Source: an uncultured Alphaproteobacteria bacterium
GTDB lineage: Bacteria; Pseudomonadota; Alphaproteobacteria; CAAHEQ01; UBA3637
DNA length: 64,000 nt
Direction of reading: 5' to 3'
NCBI GenBank assembly: GCA_944392125.1
Contig: CALXVP010000002.1
Location: 27,207-91,206 of the forward strand
The stretch's first letter is position 1; every line of letters starts with the position of its first letter. Below the pieces are notes generated by a model that saw only the letters and a list, made by a program, of their open reading frames with translations, was not told the DNA's origin and did no database searches. A program made the translations under genes and the position numbers. Shown piece after piece: positions 27,506-37,180 of this stretch.

Positions 27506-28486
27506 TTACGAAGCGTTGTGTTTTAAACGTTCATGCACCTGCCGTAAATGATAACCGCGGATTCCTTCATACGTGAATAACGCAATACCTGAAATAATGA
27601 GCGGTAATACATAGTAAATAATCCGATAAGCGATTAGCGCTCCGAATAAATGGGCCGTATTGGCATCATTCGGCAAAATCGCCAAAAACAAGCCCTCAAA
27701 TACACCCAATCCGCCCGGCACTTGACTGAATACGCCTAAAACCTGCGCAATAATAAAGACGCCGATAAAAATATCAAACGGAATCTGCACAAACGGCATT
27801 AAACAAAAATACAACACAAAAGAGGCCATTAAAATATCGCATCCGCCGATAAATACCTGCGCCAACGCCATTTTGACACTCGGCATTTTAAACGGGATTT
27901 CCCGAATTTCAACCGTTTTTTTGTAAAACCGACATAAGCCGAAATACCCGAGCAATCCGATAAATGAAATCAATGCGACCAAATTGGTTGTCCATTGCGA
28001 GGCATCAGCACCTTCAAAAGCGTGGTCAGGCGTTAAAATCCAGCCGAGATCACTTAAAAAGAAACAGGCAATCAAATACGTAAAGCCCGAAAAAGTAACC
28101 ATACGCACGATTTCATTCGGGCGAAAGCGCCACCGCGTGTAAAGCCGATACCGCACTGCACCGCCCGATACAACGGCATGCCCCGCATTATTGCTGATGG
28201 AAAATCCGATAAATCCAACGAAAATCCACTTCCACGCTTCTAATTTGCGCCCGATATATTTCAACGCCAAATAGTCATACGAAGAAAGCGCCACGTATCC
28301 CAAGAACGAAGCACCGCACGCCAATAAAATATTCGTCATCGGAATAGCGAACAAGGCATTTTTAATTTCTTCCGGCTCGTATTTTGAGAGTTGCATATAC
28401 AGCATAACCGCCGCTATTACAAAGAAAAACAATCCCGCCCAAGATATGGCTTTTTTAATCACACGTTTAATACGTACGCTTTCCAC
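27506..28486 (-). CDS. Polytopic membrane protein, UPF0104 / lysyl-phosphatidylglycerol-synthase-TM-like
   Basis: About 8 TM helices with the overall pattern of flippase-like LPG_synthase_TM proteins. The assignment is from recollection only. Confidence 0.5.
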   Translation of the reverse strand: MESVRIKRVIKKAISWAGLFFFVIAAVMLYMQLSKYEPEEIKNALFAIPMTNILLACGASFLGYVALSSYDYLALKYIGRKLEAWKWIFVGFIGFSISNNAGHAVVSGGAVRYRLYTRWRFRPNEIVRMVTFSGFTYLIACFFLSDLGWILTPDHAFEGADASQWTTNLVALISFIGLLGYFGLCRFYKKTVEIREIPFKMPSVKMALAQVFIGGCDILMASFVLYFCLMPFVQIPFDIFIGVFIIAQVLGVFSQVPGGLGVFEGLFLAILPNDANTAHLFGALIAYRIIYYVLPLIISGIALFTYEGIRGYHLRQVHERLKHNAS

Positions 28487-28804
28487 CGTTCACACTCCTT
28501 TATATTGAATAGATAGAGCATAGGAATTTTTCCGAAAAATAGCAAGTTATTTTTTTTCATTTTTCAAAAATAATCTTGCTTTAAAATATAGGGTGTAGGG
28601 GTATTTTTGAAAACAGAATAAATTAAGAAACAATATTTAATCCAATCAGTTAAAAAATTTCAGACAGCACGAAAAAAATAAAAACATAAAATATCCGCGC
28701 ACTTGTTTCATAGCGGTATGGTTCGTTTTAAGCACAAAAAAAGGCACACCTGATTTTATTTGCGATTCGTTCTTGCCGTTTCCATGCGCAATCTATCGAT
28801 TGTT

Positions 28805-29800
28805 TTAATTTTTTTTAATAAAAACCGTTGCGTCTTTATACGATAAATTTTCTTTTGGAAAAGACCCGTGTTTCATTTGCTCGGAGGCTTTCACATATTC
28901 TTTTAATACATCTATGCCGAAATCATGCAAGGTATGCCTTATCGCGCGCAACACAGGAAACCGCGCCCCGTAGTAGCGCTCAAATTTACCTTTGATATGC
29001 CGATTACCGGCACGAAACGTTAATGATCCGAGAGGGCGAAAGAGTAATCGGTTAATTGTTGCTTCCAAATGCATCTGTCGCCACTCGCGAAAATGCGGAT
29101 TATCAGCCGAAAAATCAAGTAAATTTAAGGCAAACACGGCGTTGACGGCTGTTTCGCCATCCACCATATCGACCGAATCGGGATGCGTAAGCAAAGCCCC
29201 TTCGCAAGCCAAATAGTGCATTAAAAATGGATCATGAAAAGCCTGCAAGCCATCTTCAAAAGAAAGCAACATTTCTCGCAAAAATCTGGCTTTAACCAAT
29301 TCGGAATCCACGTCGGCCAACAAATCAAATAAAACGGCATCAATTAAATTGATACAACGCACATGTCGCACCAATAAGCCACGCGTATCCAGCGAGGCTT
29401 TATTCAGCGCCATGATAAGTTGACCCAAAAACACATAAATTTCGGTATTTTCCCATCCGCTTGTTGCTAATCGGCTCACATACGATTTTTGCAACAATAC
29501 TTCTTGTTTTTCGGCATCATACTGCACGGTTTGCACGGCATTATTTTCCGTTATCACAAACCGAACATGAAAAGAAATATGTGTCAGCATATCACGAACA
29601 AACGAATCTTGCACGTAATTCAAAACACTGATAACCGTTTGAAGAAATGATAATGCCGAGGGCAATGCTTCGCCTGCTTGCGCAGTCCATTGTGCCGTTA
29701 AAAAGGCGACGGAGGGATATTTTTCGCCGGCCGTTTTTTCTGACCGGATTTTGATTTTATGATTATTTTTTAAAATGATATTTTTTTTATGAGTCGTCAT
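28805..29800 (-). CDS. Hypothetical cytoplasmic protein (about 331 aa), no recognised family
   Basis: Long ORF flanked by intergenic gaps of 318 nt on the downstream side and about 130 nt on the upstream side. The start is set at ATG 29800, preceded by GGGGGATGG. Confidence 0.55.
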   Translation of the reverse strand: MTTHKKNIILKNNHKIKIRSEKTAGEKYPSVAFLTAQWTAQAGEALPSALSFLQTVISVLNYVQDSFVRDMLTHISFHVRFVITENNAVQTVQYDAEKQEVLLQKSYVSRLATSGWENTEIYVFLGQLIMALNKASLDTRGLLVRHVRCINLIDAVLFDLLADVDSELVKARFLREMLLSFEDGLQAFHDPFLMHYLACEGALLTHPDSVDMVDGETAVNAVFALNLLDFSADNPHFREWRQMHLEATINRLLFRPLGSLTFRAGNRHIKGKFERYYGARFPVLRAIRHTLHDFGIDVLKEYVKASEQMKHGSFPKENLSYKDATVFIKKN

Positions 29801-29930
29801 TCGGTTCCATCCCCCGATTTCGGATATTAGCATAATCCGTTCGTCTTGTCAAATCAAGAAAGGTTTTCATTTCTTTTTGAAAACCACTTGACCCGCTATT
29901 TAAAAAGCGATAAAATACGTCAAATTTTCA

Positions 29931-30857
29931 ATGGAGGAAACAATGGTTGAAGAGCAAAAAAATAAACTTATGCGGTTGGCAAGTGTGCTTTCCGTGGCAA
30001 CGGCTTTATTTTTGGCCGCTTTAAAAGCTATTACTTTTTTCGTAACGGGGTCGGTTGCTATTCTATCCGGCTTATTTGATTCCGTGCAGGATATGATGAC
30101 TTCCGTTGTCAACTTAATTGCCGTGCGGGAAGCAACTTCACCTGCCGATAAGCAACACCGATTCGGGCACGGCAAAGCCCAGGCACTCGGGGGCTTGTTT
30201 CAAGGCTTGATTATTACGGGCGCTTCTTTGATTTTGCTCAAAGAATCCGTTTTGCGCTTTTTTAATCCGCAACCGGTTAATGAAGTGAATTTCGGCTTGA
30301 TTATTACGGGAATTGCAATTTTGTTAACATTGGCCTTGGTGCAATTTCAAAATTATGTTATCAAAAAAACAAATTCTCTTTCCATTCGGGCAGATAGAGC
30401 ACATTACGCCGGCGATATTATGATGAATGTGGGTATCGGGGTTTCCATTTTGGTTTCTTATTTTGCAAAATGGTATTTCGTGGACGCTCTGTTCGGTATT
30501 TTTGTGGCGATTTATTTAATTTACACCGTTTTCGGTGTATTTAAGGAATCGTTGAATATGTTGATGGATGCCGAAATTTCTCCGGAAGTGCGCAAACAAA
30601 TTAAGCGCTTAACGTGTTCCGTTGAGGGTGTATATGATTGTTTTGATTTAAAAACACGTCTTTCCGGAAATGAAATGTTTGCGCAGTTTTCCGTTTCGTT
30701 GGATGACGATTTAACCTTAACGCAAGCGCATGATAAAATTGATGTGATTGAAGAAACAATTCATCGGCAATTCCCCGAGATGCATTTAATCGTTCATCCC
30801 GAACCGCTTTCGCTGAATACACGGCGCAAATTTCAAAAATCTAAAAAGAAAAATTAA
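29931..30857 (+). CDS. Cation diffusion facilitator (CDF) family metal efflux transporter
   Basis: Six TM helices with SVAILSGLFDSVQDM and HYAGDIMMN motifs, plus a C-terminal cytoplasmic domain. Confidence 0.85.
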   Translation: MEETMVEEQKNKLMRLASVLSVATALFLAALKAITFFVTGSVAILSGLFDSVQDMMTSVVNLIAVREATSPADKQHRFGHGKAQALGGLFQGLIITGASLILLKESVLRFFNPQPVNEVNFGLIITGIAILLTLALVQFQNYVIKKTNSLSIRADRAHYAGDIMMNVGIGVSILVSYFAKWYFVDALFGIFVAIYLIYTVFGVFKESLNMLMDAEISPEVRKQIKRLTCSVEGVYDCFDLKTRLSGNEMFAQFSVSLDDDLTLTQAHDKIDVIEETIHRQFPEMHLIVHPEPLSLNTRRKFQKSKKKN

Positions 30858-31128
30858 ACTGCGTTTATATAAATGCGTATATTGGAGCAATGTGGTAATC
30901 AGCATTAAAAAGTTCGTTGATAAACAAGGCTCGGGGTCTTTTGCACAAACCCGAGCCATTATTTTTCCGTATACCAAAACGGCTACGAAGAAGAAAGAAA
31001 CACCTTTCAGACGTAATTCATATATGGTGTAATCGGTGGTATGCCGTGCCGTATTGCAAAAGAGAAGCATTATACCGCAATGCCTCTAACAAATCGCGCA
31101 CGCAACCTTCAACACAAAAAATAATAAC

Positions 31129-31623
31129 TTACTGCACCACTTCATGCGGATAGACGCCGTAAAAACTGCTTTTTTCCAGCCAACCTTGGTATTTTTTATC
31201 ATTAAATACAAATAATACTTCGCAAAAATCCGAATGTGGCGGACATTCTTCTAACTTCGCTAACGAGCCCTTTTGCACATAAGCAACCGTGGCCGATGTG
31301 TTATCCGGTTTTTTATACAACACACCGTTCTTCGTTGTAATAATATAACGCACACCGCTCAACAACCGCCGATGAACCCACCCGACCGTGCCGTCCACTT
31401 CACGAATTTGGCGCCACAATTCATATTCATCAATTACTTCCACCGGATAATTTTGAACGTAATATACATACTTTATCGGATATCGATTACCGGGGCCCGT
31501 TCGCAAGTTCACTTCACTGCGTCGGAAAGAAACAAAACGCGGAATTGCCAATTCTTGCGCCACAACGGGCAACGCAGTTATCAAACCAAGGCCGATTGTG
31601 ATAAGACATAATTTTTTAAACAT
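31129..31623 (-). CDS. Secreted SH3-like (DUF1058-type) domain protein
   Basis: Signal peptide MFKKLCLITIGLGLITALPVVAQE, then RFVSFRRSEVNLRTGPGNRYPI...YPVEVIDEYELWRQIREVDGTVGWVHRRLL. The start ATG at 31623 overlaps the stop of the upstream gene (ATGTTTAA). Confidence 0.65.
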   Translation of the reverse strand: MFKKLCLITIGLGLITALPVVAQELAIPRFVSFRRSEVNLRTGPGNRYPIKYVYYVQNYPVEVIDEYELWRQIREVDGTVGWVHRRLLSGVRYIITTKNGVLYKKPDNTSATVAYVQKGSLAKLEECPPHSDFCEVLFVFNDKKYQGWLEKSSFYGVYPHEVVQ

Positions 31624-32188
31624 TATCTGCCGCCTTTGTTCTTTCTCGCACACTTTTGACAACGCGCTTACCGGCTTCCTTCGGTGCCGTATTTTGTTGT
31701 TCCGGCTGGGCATTTTCATGATCGCCGTCATTATACAAAATATATTTTAAATCCGTTTTGGGAGCCCGCAACGTCTTCCCCGCCATTTCATCCCAACAAA
31801 CTTGATAAACCGGCATAATCAAGAGTTGCGCTATCGGATCGCCCCGTCGCAATATCAGTTGCTGACGCGATGAATTTTGCAACAACACAAACAAAGCATC
31901 TCTATCGGCCGGATTCACGATTTGAGGCCCGTCCAATACAATCAATCCGATTTCTTTTGCCACATCCGGCAAAGAAACTATCTGCCCGCACAAACCATCG
32001 GGAATGCCGATTCCGAACCCGACCGGCACAAGCGCTCTTTCATGCGAATCTAATTTTAAGACGCTCGGAATTGCCGCGCACAACACCAACCCCACGTGAT
32101 GCTTGGAAGCATACGTCGGTAACGGGAAATCCACACCGTCCGAAGTGCGAATGATATGTATTTTCGGTATCATCATTCTTTCTGCCAA
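31616..32188 (-). CDS. dUTPase-fold protein with degenerate catalytic motifs
   Basis: FPLPTYASKHHVGLVL (compare FPLPTYATxGSAGLDL), ALVPVGFGIGIPDG and RGDPIAQLLI (motif IV) align with trimeric Dut. Motif III (IDSDYRG) and motif V (RGxGGFGSTG) are not recognisable, and the protein has a basic C-terminal tail. Confidence 0.6.
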   Translation of the reverse strand: MAERMMIPKIHIIRTSDGVDFPLPTYASKHHVGLVLCAAIPSVLKLDSHERALVPVGFGIGIPDGLCGQIVSLPDVAKEIGLIVLDGPQIVNPADRDALFVLLQNSSRQQLILRRGDPIAQLLIMPVYQVCWDEMAGKTLRAPKTDLKYILYNDGDHENAQPEQQNTAPKEAGKRVVKSVRERTKAADNV

Positions 32189-32271
32189 TTTATTGTTTTA
32201 TACTCGCAAATCCACGCTTGTTTGTCAAGTATGTTTTTTTATTTTCGGGAAGAAGTTATCTTTTTCTTTTT

Positions 32272-33945
32272 TTAACGAGCCGTAGCGGAGGGCGTTAATT
32301 GGCTTTTCACTTGTTGCCGAACAGGGGCCAAACTCTCCTCATACGCTTTTAAGAGCAATCGGAAATAAAGGCGCATCAGCCCGATGGATTGGCTGTTTGC
32401 CTGTATGCGTGCCTGTGATAAATAAGCACCGTATGTATCACTCCGCACGGCGGGCGTGATATACTCGGCCAAAATCGGAGCCAGTTCTTCATCAGTGAGC
32501 GTGCGTTTTTGCCCACTGCTTTTTTCTACCGAAACGTGATTCGTTTTATCGGCAAAATAAATATCCGCATATTGGTTATCCGTGTCAAAAACACGCAGAT
32601 TACCGAATATATCGCCTTGTTGAGACGAATCTTGTCGCCACCCGATTTGAGGGGCGTGTAAAATAAGGCGATGGCGCACATCATACCATTTAATGTTTTT
32701 AAAGAGAATCGTTTCCAATCCGTTCGCCATATTCGCTTGTTCGGCTTGAATGGATAATAAAGCCGATAAATAAGCATTAAAATGTGTGATATTATTCAAT
32801 GCTTCTTGCGTTTTTTGAAGTCGGGCACTATCAATCACCAAATCAAAAGAGAGCATTTCCTCCCCGCTTGTCGGGTATGAGAGGATAAACCGCGCCCCGT
32901 CTTGCGTTTTCAAAATACGCATAACGCTTTGTTGCGTATCGTTATAACCCTCTAAAACATTTTCACCGACCGGCAATCCCGCAATCAATACCACATTGCC
33001 GACAAAATCAATATCTTTCCGTCCGTCGGATTTAAACAACGTTGTTTCTTCTAACCGAAGATCCTTCCAAATTCGAAACAACTCATCGGATAGTTTTTCT
33101 TGTTCAACAAGATCCGTTGTTTCTTCCCTTTGCGCCCAAAGCGATAACAACTCGGAAATGCGATTCATTGTTAATTTTGATATGTAAAATGTTTGCTGTT
33201 TGTTATTTTTAAGCTCTGTTTGAAAATGAATATCATCCGCTTGAACAATTAAGTCAAATTGCGTCGGGGCATAATAAGAAATTTCTTCGGAGAAAGAGGT
33301 GGCCAAATCCGGCTCATCACTGTTGCCCGTTACAAAGGAACGCACCAGCGTTTCGACAAAATGTGTTTTATCCGTTAATCGCAGAGAGGAGGTTTCCAAA
33401 AATTTCGGAAATTGAAATGCGCCGTCAAAAGCAAAGGCATATTGGGGCGTTTCGGCATCTATGTGCTCCAACACCGTGCACTTTGCCAACGCCGTTTTTT
33501 GTTTTGCGCGCGTGGGTTGCGTTAAAATATCAACCAACTGTTCCGAGGAACAAACAAATCGTCCCGTTATCGTGCCTGTTGCTCCCGTGGAAATCGGGCA
33601 GGTAAAATTTCCCGCCGAATCAATCGTGCCGTTTATATTGTCAAACAAATGAAATGCACCGCTCAACACGCCGTTTTGATAATGCCAAGAATAAACTTCC
33701 GTCGGCGTTACATAAAGTTGTGTTTCCCCGTGTGGCTTCCCGTTCAGATAATTGCTTTCCAGTTTGGCACCGTTCGGTAAAGTTTCTTGATACAATCCGT
33801 TTTGAGGTATCGTTGACGATATTGCTTGATTACTGCGTATTTGAGTATTGCCCGAATTTCCTTGCACGGGTGCTTCGGCATAGCCTGCCAGTGAAAAACC
33901 CGCCATAGTGGCACAAAGTATCGCTCTTGATAAAAAATGTTGCAT
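32272..33945 (-). CDS. Secreted hypothetical protein (557 aa) with N-terminal MORN/YwqK-like repeats
   Basis: Signal peptide MQHFLSRAILCATMAGFSLAGYAEA, then YLNGKPHGETQLY...WHYQNGVLSGAFHLF, a MORN-variant-like pattern. I do not recognise the remainder. Confidence 0.55.
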   Translation of the reverse strand: MQHFLSRAILCATMAGFSLAGYAEAPVQGNSGNTQIRSNQAISSTIPQNGLYQETLPNGAKLESNYLNGKPHGETQLYVTPTEVYSWHYQNGVLSGAFHLFDNINGTIDSAGNFTCPISTGATGTITGRFVCSSEQLVDILTQPTRAKQKTALAKCTVLEHIDAETPQYAFAFDGAFQFPKFLETSSLRLTDKTHFVETLVRSFVTGNSDEPDLATSFSEEISYYAPTQFDLIVQADDIHFQTELKNNKQQTFYISKLTMNRISELLSLWAQREETTDLVEQEKLSDELFRIWKDLRLEETTLFKSDGRKDIDFVGNVVLIAGLPVGENVLEGYNDTQQSVMRILKTQDGARFILSYPTSGEEMLSFDLVIDSARLQKTQEALNNITHFNAYLSALLSIQAEQANMANGLETILFKNIKWYDVRHRLILHAPQIGWRQDSSQQGDIFGNLRVFDTDNQYADIYFADKTNHVSVEKSSGQKRTLTDEELAPILAEYITPAVRSDTYGAYLSQARIQANSQSIGLMRLYFRLLLKAYEESLAPVRQQVKSQLTPSATAR

Positions 33946-34194
33946 AACTTGCTCCCTTGTTTGACTTTTTTATTTATTTATTCCCCAACGAATAAGCACG
34001 CCGACCACGCCGACATGGACTGATTCAAGTGTATTGAGTGTATCAACATTCTTTGGAATACGCAAGGAAAAAGTAAGTGTCCGACACGCTGTCTTTTATT
34101 CGAAAGAAACCGTTAACCGCTCCCGACGACCGTTGCCGACAATGGGTATCTCCCCGCCGTAAACAACAATCATACCGCAACTTATTCCCTTAAC

Positions 34195-35424
34195 TTATTT
34201 CCTTTGTTCCGTGCAAAGACAATTATCGGGCAATATTTTGTGCGCCAACAAATCGCCGGCCGTTTTGCCCGACGCCACGGCCTCTACCACCGTAGACCCG
34301 CCCGTCTTGCAATCGCCGGCATAGATAATGCGTTCATGCACTATCGGCGTATCGGCCCGACTACCCACGGCCCCAATCACATAATCAAACCCGCCGAGAG
34401 CAACACACGTTTGCGGTATGGGTTGCCATTTGCCATCCACATATTGATTTTTCTGCACGAAAATCGTTAATTTTTCATTTTGTTGCGTCAAATCCGATGA
34501 ATGTGATAAATCGGCAGATGCTCGTTCTATTTTAACAATGCTTGATTGTGCCGAGATATTGATTTCGTGTTGCAACAACGCCACATACTCCTGCGATGAA
34601 ATCCGCATATCACACAACCGACGACGCACAAACATTTCCACATACTCGGCGCCGTTGGCATGCGCCGTCAGCGCACAATCGGTTGCCACATTACCGCCCC
34701 CGATAATCGCTACTTTCCCCTTTGTTGCATAACGCGTCGGATTCAATAAATATGTATTATACGGCAAAGCCAACGCTTCTCCCTCAATGTGAAGCGGTAT
34801 TATATGCGGTTCTCCGGTTGCAACAATCACGCCGTCAAAGCGGTCCAATAAATCAAGCGGATTTTTTATGTGCGTTTGATACGTTATATGCACGTTCGGG
34901 CGTGATAAAACATATTCGGCATCCCGTTGCACGGCGCATATCGGCAACCGCGTTTCGGGAATCATATTCAGCGCTCCGCCACACCGATTCAATGCTTCAA
35001 ATATCTCTACCGTAAATCCCTGACGTGATAAAACATCAACCGCACCCAATCCGGCAGGTCCCGCACCGATAACGGCAACGCGATACCCGTTTGCCCGCAC
35101 CGAAACGGGCGTTAAAAGCGTATGCGCGTTTTTGACCAATGTTGCTTGAATTTTAGGAATATTCACGGGAAAATCCAATTTTGCCCGCGTGCAGGCTTTC
35201 ATACAAAATTTATCGGGGCAAATCAAACCGCACGTTTCGCCCAGCGGATTATCCGCCATAACCGTTTCCGCTCCGGCAAGAACGTTACCCTCTTTGGCTT
35301 GTTGAATAAATGTTTGCGGTCGACACCGCACCGGGCATGCGTGCATACACGGCTTATTGACACACTGCAAACACCGTTCCAGTTCTGCTTTTAATTGTGC
35401 ATGATTTAAATAGTGCTCCGCCAT
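34195..35424 (-). CDS. GltD/PreT-like NAD(P)H-dependent FAD oxidoreductase with an N-terminal Fe-S region
   Basis: Cys cluster CLQCVNKPCMHACPVRC and two dinucleotide-binding motifs, VAVIGAGPAGLGA and VAIIGGGNVATDCA. Confidence 0.7.
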   Translation of the reverse strand: MAEHYLNHAQLKAELERCLQCVNKPCMHACPVRCRPQTFIQQAKEGNVLAGAETVMADNPLGETCGLICPDKFCMKACTRAKLDFPVNIPKIQATLVKNAHTLLTPVSVRANGYRVAVIGAGPAGLGAVDVLSRQGFTVEIFEALNRCGGALNMIPETRLPICAVQRDAEYVLSRPNVHITYQTHIKNPLDLLDRFDGVIVATGEPHIIPLHIEGEALALPYNTYLLNPTRYATKGKVAIIGGGNVATDCALTAHANGAEYVEMFVRRRLCDMRISSQEYVALLQHEINISAQSSIVKIERASADLSHSSDLTQQNEKLTIFVQKNQYVDGKWQPIPQTCVALGGFDYVIGAVGSRADTPIVHERIIYAGDCKTGGSTVVEAVASGKTAGDLLAHKILPDNCLCTEQRK

Positions 35425-35689
35425 TCAAAAATACTCCGTCCGAATGGAATTTTCCTCAAAAAATTCGATTGATTTTTGCATTATTTTAAAACGAGATGGC
35501 TTAAATGTCAATTTGAAAAATACCGTTTTGCACTTCTGATAGGTAATTCTTATTCTTCCCAAATTCAACCGCGCTGAATTGCAAACCGCCGTATCGGATT
35601 TACTCAATCACCTTGCCGTTCGGGCATAAAAAAAACACTGTGGATTAAATCGACTTGTTTTTAAGAAAAAAACGGATTATACTCACCGC

Positions 35690-36799
35690 ATGAGATTGTT
35701 TAAAGGGGATTTTAGTAAAATGACTTTCTTGTTACTGCTTATTCTTTTCATCATCGGATGCGCACTGTATGCCAAACGCGAAATAGGCGATATGCCCTCG
35801 CCAGATGAATTAAAATCGTATGAATCGTTGCCTTATTTTCATAACGGCACCTTTCAAAGCATTCGTCCGCAAGAAGTAGATTTTAAAAACGTGCGGAATG
35901 CAAAAAATAATCAATTCAGTTTTATGCACTTTTTTTTAAAATCAAAGTTCGCACCCGAAAGACCCCTGCCCTGCGAACCCTTGAACCGTGAAAGTTTTGC
36001 CAAACAACCTGAGGCATTCGGTTTTTATTGGTTGGGGCACTCCTCCGTTATTTTAGAACTCAACGGTAAGCGGATTTTTTTTGATCCCGTTTTTGAAAAC
36101 GCCGCCCCGTTACCGCTCCTCGTCCCCCGATACGGCGATTCACCGCTTTCGCTTACCGACTTACCGCCGATTGACTTGGTTATCATTACACATAATCACT
36201 ATGACCATCTGGAAAGAAAAGCCATACAGGCCTTAAAAGATGCACTGTTTGTTGTGCCGTTGGGTGTCGGCTCGGCATTGCGGGGTTGGGGTGTTGATCC
36301 CGCGCACATTACGGAACTCGGCTGGGGCGAAGTGGCCGAGGGCGACGGTTTAACCATCATGGCGGAACGCACATCTCATTTTTCGGGTCGCGGGTTATCC
36401 GATAAGAATAAAACGCTCTGCAATTCGTATATTCTTCAATCCGGAGAGAAACGCATTTTCTGGGCCGGTGATACGGGCTACGCATCGCACTTTGCCGAAA
36501 TCGGCGCTCAATACGGACCGTTTGATTTAGTCGCGCTTGAAATAGACGGCTGGAATACCGGTTGGCGCAACACGCACTTATTTCCGCACGAAGTAATTCA
36601 AGCCATGCAGGATTTAAAATCCGTCAATTTATTACCCGTGCATTGGGGTGTGTTTGATTTAGCGTTTCATCCGTGGACAGAATCGATTGAAATGGTAATG
36701 AATGAAGCGCAAAAAACAGATATTCGGCCGATAACGCCCATTATGGGGCAATGGACCGATTTAAATACCGAAACAACGGATTGGTGGCGCACGAAATAA
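35690..36799 (+). CDS. MBL-fold metallo-hydrolase (NAPE-PLD-like)
   Basis: N-terminal TM anchor, HNHYDH (HxHxDH) motif, and downstream GDTGY and H residues. Confidence 0.75.
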   Translation: MRLFKGDFSKMTFLLLLILFIIGCALYAKREIGDMPSPDELKSYESLPYFHNGTFQSIRPQEVDFKNVRNAKNNQFSFMHFFLKSKFAPERPLPCEPLNRESFAKQPEAFGFYWLGHSSVILELNGKRIFFDPVFENAAPLPLLVPRYGDSPLSLTDLPPIDLVIITHNHYDHLERKAIQALKDALFVVPLGVGSALRGWGVDPAHITELGWGEVAEGDGLTIMAERTSHFSGRGLSDKNKTLCNSYILQSGEKRIFWAGDTGYASHFAEIGAQYGPFDLVALEIDGWNTGWRNTHLFPHEVIQAMQDLKSVNLLPVHWGVFDLAFHPWTESIEMVMNEAQKTDIRPITPIMGQWTDLNTETTDWWRTK

Positions 36800-37180
36800 C
36801 ATTGTATTTTTTGCTCAAGCAAGCGGTTGCAAGCAGGCGTTTTTAATCCAAAACAAAACCGAAAAAAGACGAAAGAAAAAATAAGAGAGAAAAAGAAGAA
36901 AAAGAAGAGTCAATATAAAAAATAAACAGGGAGAAAAAAATTCAATCAACCAAATGAAAGGAGGCAAAAAAAGAATATATGTTCCCCAAAAATCAAACGG
37001 CTTTATCGGATGAGGAAATCGTCTTTCAATCTGCAATTTCCCTATCATCGTAAATTCTGATTTGGTGGCAAATATATTCAAGATATATTTTCAAAATCAA
37101 TTAACAACCATAGCATTTAGGTGATAAAATCCTTTATTTTTCATCAATGCATTCTTACATCATTTCAATCGGAGGGGGAT

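Noticed and set aside
36815-37081. An 88-aa Phe/Leu-rich minus-strand ORF between the MBL hydrolase and the MFS transporter.
   Set aside because: Its hydrophobic segment is simply the complement of an A/G-rich tract of about 60-100 nt (about 36851-36960). It has no convincing RBS. I kept it as unlikely, not impossible, as a small membrane protein.
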